From assembly GCF_030362855.1 (NCBI RefSeq), contig NZ_JAUCBP010000007.1, positions 308,675-372,674 on the forward strand: DNA of 64,000 bases. Reading direction: 5' to 3'. This DNA is from Alteromonas arenosi (GTDB taxonomy: Bacteria > Pseudomonadota > Gammaproteobacteria > Enterobacterales > Alteromonadaceae). The position numbers and the translations under genes are program-made. How positions within the stretch are numbered: the first letter of the stretch is position 1; every line of letters begins with the position of its first letter. Of the stretch, positions 1 to 9,757 are shown one piece after another. The notes beneath the pieces are model-generated. The model was given only the letters and a program-made list of their open reading frames with translations, was not told the origin of the DNA and searched no databases.

Positions 1-520
1 TGGTATCTTGCACGGCTTATCAATAGGTGGTGAAGCGTCAGTCAAAAGTTTGCCAAGTGCCGAGGTCTATTCAGGCCTGAATGAGTTTGATTTTCAAGCG
101 GTCGCCGATGCGTACGTCGCCATTGATCCGGCGTCACAACCTGCACCGGGGGCAAAGCCTGCCGAGTTTTACCGCTTATTGCGCAAATCCATGCTCGCTT
201 GGTCGCAGGGTAAACTCGATGAAGACCGATTGCCGGAGTCTTGGCAAGGGTTTCGCTCGCGGGTAATGGACGTTCTCGATGCTGCGATCGCTAGCCCGCA
301 TAAGCGCATTGTTATGGCCACTTCGGGTGGTGCTATTGCCATGATGGTCAGTCAAATTTTAGGCGCAGATGCCGCTACCATGGTCAATTTAAACCTTCAG
401 ATCCGCAATACCAGCGTGTCGCAACTATTCGCCAATGCCCACAGCGTGCATTTACATCATTTCAACGCGGTGCCGCACTTAGAGCACCCCGACAAACGTA
501 GCGCGATGAGCTACAGTTAA
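1..520 (+). CDS. Histidine phosphatase (phosphoglycerate-mutase superfamily) protein, 5'-truncated by the window edge.
   Basis: The open frame runs to the window start. The C-terminal region ([15 protein letters not shown]...HSVHLHHF) resembles the His-phosphatase fold. The true start lies upstream of position 1. Confidence 0.45.
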   Translation, partial: GILHGLSIGGEASVKSLPSAEVYSGLNEFDFQAVADAYVAIDPASQPAPGAKPAEFYRLLRKSMLAWSQGKLDEDRLPESWQGFRSRVMDVLDAAIASPHKRIVMATSGGAIAMMVSQILGADAATMVNLNLQIRNTSVSQLFANAHSVHLHHFNAVPHLEHPDKRSAMSYS

Positions 521-542
521 GCAGATATCACAAGGACACCCA

Positions 543-1769
543 ATGAACTTTGATTATTCAGAAAAAACACAGGCGTTAATGGCTCAACTTGAGGCATTTA
601 TGCAAGAGCATGTATATCCGATTGAACAAGATTACATCCACGCAGTGGAAACCAACGCCAACCGTTGGCAAACACCTGCGATGATGGAAGAGCTTAAAGC
701 CAAAGCGAGAGCGGCTGGGCTTTGGAACTTGTTTTTACCTGAAGAATACAAACCTTATGGCGCGGGCTTAACTAATCTGGAATATGCGCCACTATGCGAG
801 ATTATGGGGCGCGTACCGTGGAGTGCGGAGATTTTTAACTGTAGCGCGCCAGATACTGGCAATATGGAAGTACTGGCGAAGTACGGCAATGATGCTCAGC
901 AAGAACAGTGGTTAAAGCCATTACTAAACGGTGAAATCCGTTCGGCTTTTGCTATGACTGAGCCAGCCGTTGCATCGTCTGATGCCACTAATATCGAAAC
1001 TGCAATTGTGCGCGAAGGCGATGAATACGTGATCAATGGTCGCAAGTGGTATACCTCAGGGGCCATGAACGAAAATTGTAAGATCATGGTCGTAATGGGA
1101 AAAACTGATCCATCCGCTGCACGCCATCAACAACAAAGCCAGATCCTAGTGCCAATGAATACACCGGGCGTAACCGTAGTTCGTCCAATGGCAGCTATGG
1201 GGCATTACGATGAGCCAGTGGGCCATGCCGAGGTACTGTTTGAAAATGTGCGTGTGCCAGCAAGCAATTTATTAGTGGGTGAGGGTAAAGGTTTTGAAAT
1301 TGCCCAAGGTCGCTTAGGGCCCGGCCGAATTCACCACTGTATGCGTCTTATCGGTGTTGCTCAGCGCGCGCTAGATGAAGCTTGCGTGCGCGTTGAAAAG
1401 CGTGTTGCCTTCGGTCAGCCATTGAGCAAACAGCAATCCGTAAGAGAAAGCATCGCACAAATGCATTGTGATATAGAACAGGCGCGATTGTTGACACTAA
1501 AAGCCGCAGATAAGATGGATAAATACGGCAATAAAGTCGCTCGTGACATCATTGCTGCAATAAAAATCGTGGCACCGAAAATGGCCTGTAAAGTCATCGA
1601 CGAGGCGATCCAAATGCACGGTGCCATGGGTACAAGCCAAGATACAACATTGGCCGCAGCCTATGCTTATGCGCGAACGGTGCGCTTAGCTGATGGCCCT
1701 GATCAAGTCCATATGATGCAGTTAGGCCGTAACTTAATCGCTGAAACTGCCGCGAAAATGGTGAAATAA
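543..1769 (+). CDS. Acyl-CoA dehydrogenase family protein (ACAD10/11-like).
   Basis: 408 aa with ACAD N, middle and C-terminal domain motifs (…[20 protein letters not shown]…; C-terminal [11 protein letters not shown]). There is an RBS-like GGACACC before the ATG. It is immediately followed by a phosphotransferase gene. Confidence 0.85.
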   Translation: MNFDYSEKTQALMAQLEAFMQEHVYPIEQDYIHAVETNANRWQTPAMMEELKAKARAAGLWNLFLPEEYKPYGAGLTNLEYAPLCEIMGRVPWSAEIFNCSAPDTGNMEVLAKYGNDAQQEQWLKPLLNGEIRSAFAMTEPAVASSDATNIETAIVREGDEYVINGRKWYTSGAMNENCKIMVVMGKTDPSAARHQQQSQILVPMNTPGVTVVRPMAAMGHYDEPVGHAEVLFENVRVPASNLLVGEGKGFEIAQGRLGPGRIHHCMRLIGVAQRALDEACVRVEKRVAFGQPLSKQQSVRESIAQMHCDIEQARLLTLKAADKMDKYGNKVARDIIAAIKIVAPKMACKVIDEAIQMHGAMGTSQDTTLAAAYAYARTVRLADGPDQVHMMQLGRNLIAETAAKMVK

Positions 1770-1772
1770 ACT

Positions 1773-2804
1773 ATGAGTCAATCATCTGAGTTGGTGCGGC
1801 TCGATGCGCTGAATCGCTATTTGCAGGAGCAGGGTGTCGATATTGGCCATGTGCAACGAGCAGATAAATTTAGCGGCGGGCAATCCAACCCGACGTTTAA
1901 AATTGCAACAGACAAAGGACAATACGTGCTGCGCCGTCAACCACCAGGGAAGTTGCTCAAGTCTGCCCACGCGGTTGACCGTGAGTTTCGGGTGATTGCC
2001 GCGTTACAAGACACCGATGTGCCTGTGCCTCAGGCAATACATCTGTGCACAGATACCGACGTATTGGGCGCCATGTTTTACATCATGGAATTCAAAGACG
2101 GTCGAATCTTTTGGCAAAGTGCATTACCCGAAATCACTGATGTAGTAGTTCGCACACAAATGTATGACGAAATGAATCGAGTACTGGCAAGTTTGCACAA
2201 CGTTGATGTGGAAGCTGCCGGGTTGGAAGACTACGGACGTCCCGGGAATTACTTTGAGCGTCAACTGCAACGCTGGACTAAACAATACAGAGCAGCCGAA
2301 ACCGAGCATATAGAAGATATTGAAGTATTAATGGATTGGCTGACCGTAAACCTACCAGAAGATGACGGACAGGTCTCTTTAGTTCACGGCGATTTCCGTC
2401 TTGACAATATGATGTTTGCCCCTGATGAACCAAGGGTTATTGCGGTATTAGATTGGGAGCTTTCGACTCTAGGGCACCCCTTTGCTGATTTAGCATATCA
2501 GTGCATGCAGCTGCGCTTACCCCATGATCTTGGCCATGCACCAGGGTTAGGTGGTTTGGATAGACAAGCGCTGGGCATTCCAAGTGAAGAAGAATACATC
2601 GCCAAGTATTGTGAGCGCCGCGGTATCGAACCTATCGATAATTGGCCGTTCTATTTGGCATTTAGCTTCTTCAGATTAGCGGCCATTGTACAAGGAGTGG
2701 TTAAGCGCGCCAAGATGGGGAACGCTTCGAATGCCAAGGCCGCAGCACTTGAATCGATGATGCGCCCTTTAGCTGCACACGCAGCAGCACTGATTAAAGA
2801 TTAA
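1773..2804 (+). CDS. Phosphotransferase (aminoglycoside-phosphotransferase/APH-like kinase) family protein.
   Basis: 343 aa with APH-type motifs (HGDFRLDNMMF, VLDWELSTLGHP). It is 4 bp downstream of the ACAD gene, mirroring the fused APH+ACAD architecture of ACAD10/11. Confidence 0.8.
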   Translation: MSQSSELVRLDALNRYLQEQGVDIGHVQRADKFSGGQSNPTFKIATDKGQYVLRRQPPGKLLKSAHAVDREFRVIAALQDTDVPVPQAIHLCTDTDVLGAMFYIMEFKDGRIFWQSALPEITDVVVRTQMYDEMNRVLASLHNVDVEAAGLEDYGRPGNYFERQLQRWTKQYRAAETEHIEDIEVLMDWLTVNLPEDDGQVSLVHGDFRLDNMMFAPDEPRVIAVLDWELSTLGHPFADLAYQCMQLRLPHDLGHAPGLGGLDRQALGIPSEEEYIAKYCERRGIEPIDNWPFYLAFSFFRLAAIVQGVVKRAKMGNASNAKAAALESMMRPLAAHAAALIKD

Positions 2805-2814
2805 GAGTAAAACT

Positions 2815-3792
2815 ATGAAAGCAATTGTATGTAATGAGTTTGGTCCCGTTGATGATTTGGAATACAAAGAGTTATCTGCGTTAGAGCCGGGTAAAGGTCA
2901 GGTCGTTGTTGATATTGCAGCAGCCGGGGTTAATTTCCCTGATGGTTTATTGGTGCAAGGGTTATATCAAATGAAACCTGAGCGACCTTTTATTCCTGGT
3001 AACGAAGTAGCAGGGACAATTTCCGCTATCGGTGAAGGTGTAGAGGGATGGCACGTAGGTCAACGGGTAATTGCACTTTGCATGTTAGGTGGCTATGCCG
3101 AACAAGTTGTGGTGCCGCAAACCCACATATTACCGTTACCTGAGCAAATTCCATTTGAAGAAGCAGCAGCATTGGTAACTGCCCACGCGACGGCACATCA
3201 CGCCTTAAAACAGCGCGCCAATATCCAACCGGGCGAGACGCTAGTAGTCACAGGTGCAGCTGGTGGTACAGGCTTGGCTGCGGTCCAGATTGGTAAGGAA
3301 TTGGGCGCTACAGTTATCGCTGTTTGTTCTACGGCTGAGAAGCTCGCAACCGCTAAAGAGAACGGTGCGGATATTCTGATTAACTACACCGAAGAAAACC
3401 TTAAAGATGCAATAAAACAAGCGACCAACGGCAAGGGCGCAGATGTTGTTTACGAGTGTGTGGGTGGTGATACCTTCCATGCCTGTAGTCGCAGTATGGC
3501 TTGGAACGGTAGATTGCTAGTCATTGGTTTCGCCGGTGGTGAAATCCCAGAATTTCCAGTCAACCTATCCTTAGTCAAAGGATACTCAGTAGTGGGAGTG
3601 TTCTGGGGCTCATTTACTCAGCACCAACCGAAAGACTTTGCCGCGAATATGCAAGAGTTATTGACTTGGTATGTACAGGGTAAAGTGAAAGTCGTGGTCG
3701 ATGAATGTTTGCCGCTGTCAAAGGCTAAACAAGCGCTTGAAAAAGTCATGGGCCGAGAAGTGCGCGGTAAAATGGTGCTTAAGCCTGATTAG
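2815..3792 (+). CDS. NADPH:quinone oxidoreductase / zeta-crystallin-like MDR oxidoreductase.
   Basis: 325 aa with an MDR fold and a GAAGGTG Rossmann motif (VTGAAGGTGLAAVQIGK). A hairpin plus T-run terminator follows at 3812–3838. Confidence 0.8.
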   Translation: MKAIVCNEFGPVDDLEYKELSALEPGKGQVVVDIAAAGVNFPDGLLVQGLYQMKPERPFIPGNEVAGTISAIGEGVEGWHVGQRVIALCMLGGYAEQVVVPQTHILPLPEQIPFEEAAALVTAHATAHHALKQRANIQPGETLVVTGAAGGTGLAAVQIGKELGATVIAVCSTAEKLATAKENGADILINYTEENLKDAIKQATNGKGADVVYECVGGDTFHACSRSMAWNGRLLVIGFAGGEIPEFPVNLSLVKGYSVVGVFWGSFTQHQPKDFAANMQELLTWYVQGKVKVVVDECLPLSKAKQALEKVMGREVRGKMVLKPD

Positions 3793-3811
3793 TATTTGGT
3801 ATTAGAAAGGC

Positions 3812-3838
3812 AAAAGGCTCCCAACAGGGAGCCTTTTT
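3812..3838 (+). terminator. Rho-independent terminator after the quinone oxidoreductase gene.
   Basis: aaaaggctccc-aaca-gggagccttttt: a GC-rich stem followed by a T-run. Confidence 0.6.
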
Positions 3839-3861
3839 AGTTGCGAGTAAACAACTCGCGT

Positions 3862-4402
3862 ACCATGTTGAAACATGGTGGTAGCCGAGGCTACCGAATT
3901 AGTTGCTTAGATGCGCTCAGCGACTACAGCGGCTACTGGATTGTCAGCAAGACCTTGCTCAGCGATCCACGCTTGTAGTGTTTTACCATCCTGCTCTGGC
4001 TCCGCTAAATCCTTTTTTGGCATTTTCTTAACCAGTAGAGTCCCGGCTTCTACAGCATTGTTAAGCAATGCAGTGCGAATAAGGCTGTTACCGCCACAGC
4101 TCACACCTGAGTAGTAATCTTGAAGCTTAAGGTTGTAGTCAGACTGAACCTTTTTCATTTTCTTACGCAATTGGCCTTTGTCGTCAGCTTTAACGATAGA
4201 GCAAATGTTTTGTAGGGCTTCGTTAACGTCTGCTTGCGCAGTACCTGTGAACATTAAAGAAGCAGCGGCGATAGCGATAGAAGTTTTAACTACTTTCAAC
4301 ATGGTTAATTCCTCGGTTAATAATTAGTTGATGCGTTTGAACGGTTTTAATTAAAGCCCAAGGCGAAAAAGAAAAAAATCTGTGGGTCGATACATAGGTA
4401 TT
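3862..4402. repeat. Copy A of a ~540 bp direct repeat that carries the 131-aa secreted-protein gene.
   Basis: Near-identical to 13388–13927, with about 15 substitutions and one indel. Identity begins at accatgttgaaacatggtggtagccgagg and ends at gatacataggtat. Confidence 0.9.
3907..4302 (-). CDS. Small secreted protein, copy A (131 aa, Sec signal peptide, two Cys; possibly a DUF3718-like family).
   Basis: The N-terminus MLKVVKTSIAIAAASLMFTGTAQA|D is a classic signal peptide. An identical protein is encoded at 13433–13828. An RBS-like aggaattaacc precedes the start. Confidence 0.7.
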   Translation of the reverse strand: MLKVVKTSIAIAAASLMFTGTAQADVNEALQNICSIVKADDKGQLRKKMKKVQSDYNLKLQDYYSGVSCGGNSLIRTALLNNAVEAGTLLVKKMPKKDLAEPEQDGKTLQAWIAEQGLADNPVAAVVAERI

Positions 4403-4486
4403 TTAAATAATACCTATTGAGAGGCGTTAGCTTAAGAAGAAAATAGGGTGCACCGAATTTCAGTGCACCGCAGTGTGCTTATCGGC

Positions 4487-5254
4487 TTACCAGGCTGACA
4501 CACCGCCATCAACGGCAATGGTTTGGCCGTTCATGTAGGTGTTGCCGGGTGATAGCATCATTAACATTACGTTGACCATTTCTTGTGGATCGCCCAAGCG
4601 TTTCATCGGGCTGCCCATTGCCATTCGCGCTCGGTCTTTTTCGGAGTTAAACCCATCAACATTAAGGATATTCGTTGGGCTAAAAAATGGACATATGGCG
4701 TTACAACGCACATTTAATCGACCATATTCAATTGCTGCGGTGCGTGTTAGGCCTGCAACTGCATGTTTAGCTGCTACGTAGGCACCGCCTTTGGGCGCAC
4801 CGCCAATACCCGCCATAGAACTTACATTGAGTATATGGCCTTTACCATTCGCCAGCATGGCTTGGATCTGATATTTCATACCATACATTACGCCTTTGAC
4901 ATTAATATCAATTTGACGATCCAGAATCGCTTCAGTGAGTTCATGTATGGCAGCCGGATCATGCGCCACACCGGCATTGTTAACGGCACTGTCTAATTTG
5001 CCAAAAGTGTCGACGGCCGTCTTAACCATGGTCGCGCACTCAGCTTCAGAAGACACGTCATTTTTCATAGATGTAACGCGCTGAGCGGGGACATTGAGTT
5101 GTTTAACCGTTTCAGCCAAGCCTGCCTCGTCAATATCGCCCAAGACTAAATTGGCGCCACGGCTGGCTAGTCCAATTGCAAGTAAACGACCGAAACCGCT
5201 CGCGGCGCCTGTGATTAACACGGTGTGATCAGTAAAATCGAGTAACGGATCCAT
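4487..5254 (-). CDS. Short-chain dehydrogenase/reductase (SDR) family oxidoreductase.
   Basis: 255 aa with TGAASGFGR (TGxxxGxG) and a YVAAKHAV (YxxxK) catalytic motif. Confidence 0.85.
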   Translation of the reverse strand: MDPLLDFTDHTVLITGAASGFGRLLAIGLASRGANLVLGDIDEAGLAETVKQLNVPAQRVTSMKNDVSSEAECATMVKTAVDTFGKLDSAVNNAGVAHDPAAIHELTEAILDRQIDINVKGVMYGMKYQIQAMLANGKGHILNVSSMAGIGGAPKGGAYVAAKHAVAGLTRTAAIEYGRLNVRCNAICPFFSPTNILNVDGFNSEKDRARMAMGSPMKRLGDPQEMVNVMLMMLSPGNTYMNGQTIAVDGGVSAW

Positions 5255-5269
5255 AGTTTTGCTACCTTG

Positions 5270-6184
5270 TTATTTAATCGGGTTTTGTGTGAGGAAATTT
5301 AAAATAATATTGGCAAATACTTCGCCTTGATCTTCTTGAACAAAGTGGCCACCTTGTTCAATGGTTGTATGCGCTTGGCCCTCACATCCCGGTATGAGTT
5401 TGCGCATAATTTTATCGCCTCCAGCCGTCACCGGGTCGGAATCACTAAAGGCGCATAAGAACGGTCTATTAAAACCTTGTAAGCCTTGCCACGCTTTGCG
5501 ATTGGCATCACTGGCAGGATCATCTGGACTTACCGGCACTAAGGTGGGGAATTGTCGTGCACCTGCTTTGTACGATTCATCGGGGTAGGGCGCATCGTAG
5601 GCTGCATAAATTTCAGGTGTTAGCGGGGTTACCGTAGCACCTTTTATAATTCCGGCCGCAGGAAATACGTCGACCTCTTGAGAAAAAGCCTTCCATTTAA
5701 AGAACGCTTCTCCAGGAGGGTGATCGCCGGTCGGTAACATGGTATTAGACGCAACAACACGGGCAAATCGCTCAGGTTGCTCACCGACTAAACGCAGGCC
5801 TAATAAGCCTCCCCAATCCTGACAAACTAAAGTGATATCAGTTAGTTGTAGCTGATCAAGCAATTGAGTAACCCAATCAAGATGGCGTTGATAGGTATAA
5901 TCAGATCGTTCAGTGGGTTTATCTGAGCGCCCAAAGCCAATTAGGTCAGGCACGATCACGCGATATCCCGCCGCAGTCAGTGGCGTAATCATTTTGCGAT
6001 ACAAATAGGCCCAGCTAGGTTCACCGTGTTGCATCCAGATTACTTCACCATCACGCGGGCCTTCATCGATGAAATGCATGCGTAATTGGCCGCCTTCAAA
6101 GTCGTCCACTTCGATGTAATGAGGCGTAAAATCGTACCCAGGTAAGTTACTAAAACGTTCGTCTGGAGTCCGCAGTGCTTGCAT
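5270..6184 (-). CDS. Haloalkane dehalogenase (HLD-I, DhlA-like alpha/beta hydrolase).
   Basis: 304 aa. The N-terminal region (RTPDERFSNLPGYDFTPHYIEVD…WMQHGEPSWAYLYRKMI…GFGRSDKP) closely resembles Xanthobacter DhlA. The nucleophile and halide-stabilising DW are present in VCQDWGG. The catalytic His is present in GGHFVQED. Confidence 0.8.
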   Translation of the reverse strand: MQALRTPDERFSNLPGYDFTPHYIEVDDFEGGQLRMHFIDEGPRDGEVIWMQHGEPSWAYLYRKMITPLTAAGYRVIVPDLIGFGRSDKPTERSDYTYQRHLDWVTQLLDQLQLTDITLVCQDWGGLLGLRLVGEQPERFARVVASNTMLPTGDHPPGEAFFKWKAFSQEVDVFPAAGIIKGATVTPLTPEIYAAYDAPYPDESYKAGARQFPTLVPVSPDDPASDANRKAWQGLQGFNRPFLCAFSDSDPVTAGGDKIMRKLIPGCEGQAHTTIEQGGHFVQEDQGEVFANIILNFLTQNPIK

Positions 6185-6420
6185 AGTTTGTTACTCACTT
6201 TTTGGCGTTCATACATTGCCATTAAACAAATAAGCTCAAGAGGGTCAATGAATTTAAATCAGACTAAAAGTACGGAAATATCCCTAGCCCGCATCGGTAA
6301 ACGAATTGTTAATAGTATTGATTTAATTTATTCAGAAATATAAAACCAATAAACTTCACTGATTGGTGGACAGGTCATACCATGCTCTTCAATTAATGCA
6401 TAAGTAGAAGAGTTTCGTTT

Positions 6421-8520
6421 ATGAGCCAATCAGCTGTTGCCTATTCCGTTCAACAATCAGTCGCGTCGTTAATAATGCACAATCCACCGGTTAATGCGCT
6501 GGGTAAAGCCGTTCGAGTGGGGCTTGTCGAGGGAATTGAAAAAGCCCTAGCCGATGATGCGGTAAAAGTAATTGTGATCACATCAGATATTGGATTCTTT
6601 AGCGGCGGTGCTGATATATCGGAATTTTCTACGGGCGATTTCGAGCCAAACTTATCTACTGTGGTATTACACGCCATTGAACAATCGACTAAGCCTGTTG
6701 TGGCGGTATTGCCGGGGCCAGCGTTTGGTGGTGGTCTAGAGTTGGCATTGGCGTGTCACTATCGCATCACGCACAAGGCTAACAAGGTTGGGTTACCAGA
6801 AGTCAATCTGGGCATTCTTCCAGGCGCCGGCGGTACACAGCGTCTTCCTCGTTTGGTTCCGGTACAACAAGCGTTAGACATGGTTGTGTCTGGTCGTCCG
6901 CAATCAGTTACTAAGCTGCCAAGTGTTTTTGCAGAAATTGTCGATTCAGTAGAGCAACTTCCCGCTGCAACCCAAACCTTCATCGAGAACTTGGATTTAA
7001 CCGCGGATATTCCACGTACATGCGACATCACCGTTGATTCAGCGAGCTTTGATCCTGCATTGTTTGAGCAATATGCCGAAGGTATTAAGAAACAAGCACG
7101 CGGTTTCTTTGCGCCATTTAACTGTATCAAAGCCGTACAAGCAGCTACTGAGCTACCATTCCCGGAAGGCCTACAACGTGAAGGTGAATTGTTCTTAGAA
7201 TGCATGCAAACATCACAAGCACGTGCTCAGCAACATTTCTTTTTTGCCGAACGTGCCGCCGGGCATGTGCAAGACTACGACAAATCAACGCCTGTCCGCG
7301 ACATCAAGAAAGTCGCTGTTATCGGTGCCGGTACCATGGGTGGCGGTATTGCAATGAACTTTGCTAATGCTGGCATTCCGGTAACTATGCTCGAACTTCA
7401 ACCGGAAGCCTTGGAGAAAGGCTTAAGTGTCATCCGAGGCAACTACGAGCGCACTGCCAAAAAAGGTAAGTTGACAGCAGAAGATGTTGAAAAGCGCATG
7501 TCATTACTGACGGGTACAACCAGCTATGCGGATTTGGCCGATGTTGATTTAGTTATCGAAGCCGTATTCGAGAAGATGGAAGTCAAGCAAGCGGTGTTTA
7601 AATCGCTCGACGAAGTTTGTAAACCCGGTGCAATTTTAGCGACAAATACTTCAACACTCGACATTAATGAAATTGCTGCGGCAACAAGTCGTCCGCAAGA
7701 CGTTATTGGCTTGCACTTCTTCTCACCTGCAAACGTGATGAAGCTGCTTGAAATTGTTAAAGCAGAGCACACAGCACCTGAAGTTATCAAGACTTGCATG
7801 CAAATGGCCAAAATCATTCGAAAAGTCGCCGTATTAGTGGGTGTGTGTTTCGGTTTTGTGGGTAACCGTATGATCGAAGCCTATGGGCGTGAAGCAAACC
7901 GATTGATGCTAGAAGGCGCAACACCAGAGCAGGTTGACAAAGTCATTTATAAGTTCGGTTTACCTATGGGGCCATTTACCATGGGTGATATGGCGGGCTT
8001 GGATATTGGCTATTTTGTGCGTCAGTCACGTAAAGCCTTTATCGAACACGATCCAAGTTATTGTGTGGTAGCCGATAAATTGGTTGAAGATGGTCGTGTG
8101 GGGCTGAAAGCAGGTAAGGGCGTTTATCTTTATGAGCCTGGCAATCGTCAACCCATTCCAGACGAGAGCGTGCTTGAAATAGCGAAGCAAGAAGCTGCGC
8201 GTCTTGGTATCGAACAACGCAAAATTAGCGACCAAGAAATCCTTGAGCGCTGCATCTATCCATTGATTAACGAAGGCGCTCTGATCCTCGAAGAGGGCAT
8301 TGCTGCCAAAGCCAGCGATATTGACGTTATCTACGTGTATGGCTATGGCTTCCCAGTGTATCGCGGTGGCCCAATGAAGTTCGCTGACGAGATTGGTTTA
8401 GATAAAGTTCTCACAGCAATGAATAAATATCGCGAGCAATTAGGCGACTACGGTGAAGCGTGGTTTAAGCCTGCCCCCTTGTTAGAAAAGCTCGCTCAGC
8501 AAGGTAAAACTTTTAACTAA
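6421..8520 (+). CDS. Fatty-acid oxidation complex alpha subunit (FadB/FadJ-like fused enoyl-CoA hydratase/3-hydroxyacyl-CoA dehydrogenase).
   Basis: 699 aa with an N-terminal crotonase fold ([11 protein letters not shown]…[11 protein letters not shown]) and a C-terminal 3-HAD domain with the NAD-binding motif [12 protein letters not shown]. Confidence 0.85.
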   Translation: MSQSAVAYSVQQSVASLIMHNPPVNALGKAVRVGLVEGIEKALADDAVKVIVITSDIGFFSGGADISEFSTGDFEPNLSTVVLHAIEQSTKPVVAVLPGPAFGGGLELALACHYRITHKANKVGLPEVNLGILPGAGGTQRLPRLVPVQQALDMVVSGRPQSVTKLPSVFAEIVDSVEQLPAATQTFIENLDLTADIPRTCDITVDSASFDPALFEQYAEGIKKQARGFFAPFNCIKAVQAATELPFPEGLQREGELFLECMQTSQARAQQHFFFAERAAGHVQDYDKSTPVRDIKKVAVIGAGTMGGGIAMNFANAGIPVTMLELQPEALEKGLSVIRGNYERTAKKGKLTAEDVEKRMSLLTGTTSYADLADVDLVIEAVFEKMEVKQAVFKSLDEVCKPGAILATNTSTLDINEIAAATSRPQDVIGLHFFSPANVMKLLEIVKAEHTAPEVIKTCMQMAKIIRKVAVLVGVCFGFVGNRMIEAYGREANRLMLEGATPEQVDKVIYKFGLPMGPFTMGDMAGLDIGYFVRQSRKAFIEHDPSYCVVADKLVEDGRVGLKAGKGVYLYEPGNRQPIPDESVLEIAKQEAARLGIEQRKISDQEILERCIYPLINEGALILEEGIAAKASDIDVIYVYGYGFPVYRGGPMKFADEIGLDKVLTAMNKYREQLGDYGEAWFKPAPLLEKLAQQGKTFN

Positions 8521-8560
8521 TACATTTCAAGGCTTGAATCGAGCCTTACTAGGAGGACAC

Positions 8561-9742
8561 ATGCGTCAGGCAGTTATCGTATCAACCGCACGAAGCCCAA
8601 TCGGGCGTGCGTATAAAGGCGCTTTAAACAACCTTGAAGCACCGTCACTAGGCGGGCATTCGATTGCCGCTGCAGTAAAGCGTGCAGGTCTTGAAGGGCA
8701 GGAAGTCGATGACGTGATTATGGGTTCAGCCTTAACCCAAGGTTCAGGCTCGATGAACATTGGTCGCTTAGCCGGATTAGCTGGCGGTTTGCCGGTTACG
8801 GTTTCCGGCATGACGCTTGATCGCCAATGTAGCTCTGGCATGTACGCCATTGCCACTGCTGCACAAAGCATTATGACAGGCAATACCGACATTATGGTTG
8901 CCGGTGGTTTGGATTCAATTTCATTGGTGCAAAACAAGCACATGAATACCTTCCGAATGACCGATCCTGCATTAATCGCGAAGCACAAAGATATCTATAT
9001 GCCGATGCTGCAAACCGCCGAAGTTGTAGCGAAGCGCTATAACGTGAGTCGCGACGCGCAAGATGAGTATGGTTATCAAAGCCAGATGCGCACCGCAGCA
9101 GCACAAGCGGCAGGCAAATTTAATGATGAAATTGTACCGATCACCGCTAACAAGGCGATTGTTGATAAAGAGACGGGCGATGTAAGTTTTGCCGAGGTGA
9201 CGCTTGCAAAAGATGAAGGCAATCGCGCCGAAACCACGCTTGAAGGTTTACAAGGGCTGAATGCGGTTATCGAAGGCGGCTGTATTACAGCAGGTAACGC
9301 CAGTCAGTTGTCAGACGGTTCAAGTGCGAGCGTTCTGATGAGCGATGTTGAAGCGGAGAAACGCGGTCTAGACCCGCTTGGCGCCTTTAAAGGTATTGCG
9401 GTTGCGGGTTGTGAGCCGGATGAAATGGGTATTGGTCCGGTCTTCGCAGTGCCTAAATTACTTAAGCAGCACGGGTTAACGATGGATGACATCGGTCTGT
9501 GGGAGCTGAATGAAGCCTTCGCGGTTCAGGTTTTATATTGCCGTGACAAGCTGGGTATTCCTGATGAGTTGCTCAACGTAAACGGCGGGGCAATCTCTAT
9601 TGGACACCCCTATGGCATGAGTGGTGCCAGAATGGTGGGGCATGCCTTAATTGAAGGAAAACGACGTGGTGCAAAATATGTAGTGTGTACCATGTGTATC
9701 GGTGGCGGCATGGGCGCCGCTGGTTTATTTGAAGTGTTATAA
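8561..9742 (+). CDS. Acetyl-CoA C-acyltransferase (thiolase, FadA-like).
   Basis: Thiolase active-site motifs are present ([28 protein letters not shown]). The start is placed at the ATG at 8561, preceded by AGGAGG at 8551–8556. The ORF-track start at 8534 lacks an RBS. Confidence 0.9.
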   Translation: MRQAVIVSTARSPIGRAYKGALNNLEAPSLGGHSIAAAVKRAGLEGQEVDDVIMGSALTQGSGSMNIGRLAGLAGGLPVTVSGMTLDRQCSSGMYAIATAAQSIMTGNTDIMVAGGLDSISLVQNKHMNTFRMTDPALIAKHKDIYMPMLQTAEVVAKRYNVSRDAQDEYGYQSQMRTAAAQAAGKFNDEIVPITANKAIVDKETGDVSFAEVTLAKDEGNRAETTLEGLQGLNAVIEGGCITAGNASQLSDGSSASVLMSDVEAEKRGLDPLGAFKGIAVAGCEPDEMGIGPVFAVPKLLKQHGLTMDDIGLWELNEAFAVQVLYCRDKLGIPDELLNVNGGAISIGHPYGMSGARMVGHALIEGKRRGAKYVVCTMCIGGGMGAAGLFEVL

Positions 9743-9757
9743 AACGGTTATACGACG

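Noticed and set aside
3911-4114. A 67-aa plus-strand ORF (and its twin at 13437–13640) overlapping the small secreted-protein genes.
   Set aside because: It is antisense to a well-supported CDS. The synonymous-only divergence between the repeat copies is in the minus-strand frame, so the plus-strand frame is not conserved.
8566-9104. 140-aa and 70-aa minus-strand ORFs within the thiolase gene; likewise other antisense ORFs listed in the track.
   Set aside because: They are fully embedded antisense to strongly supported genes, with no RBS and protein-like composition absent.
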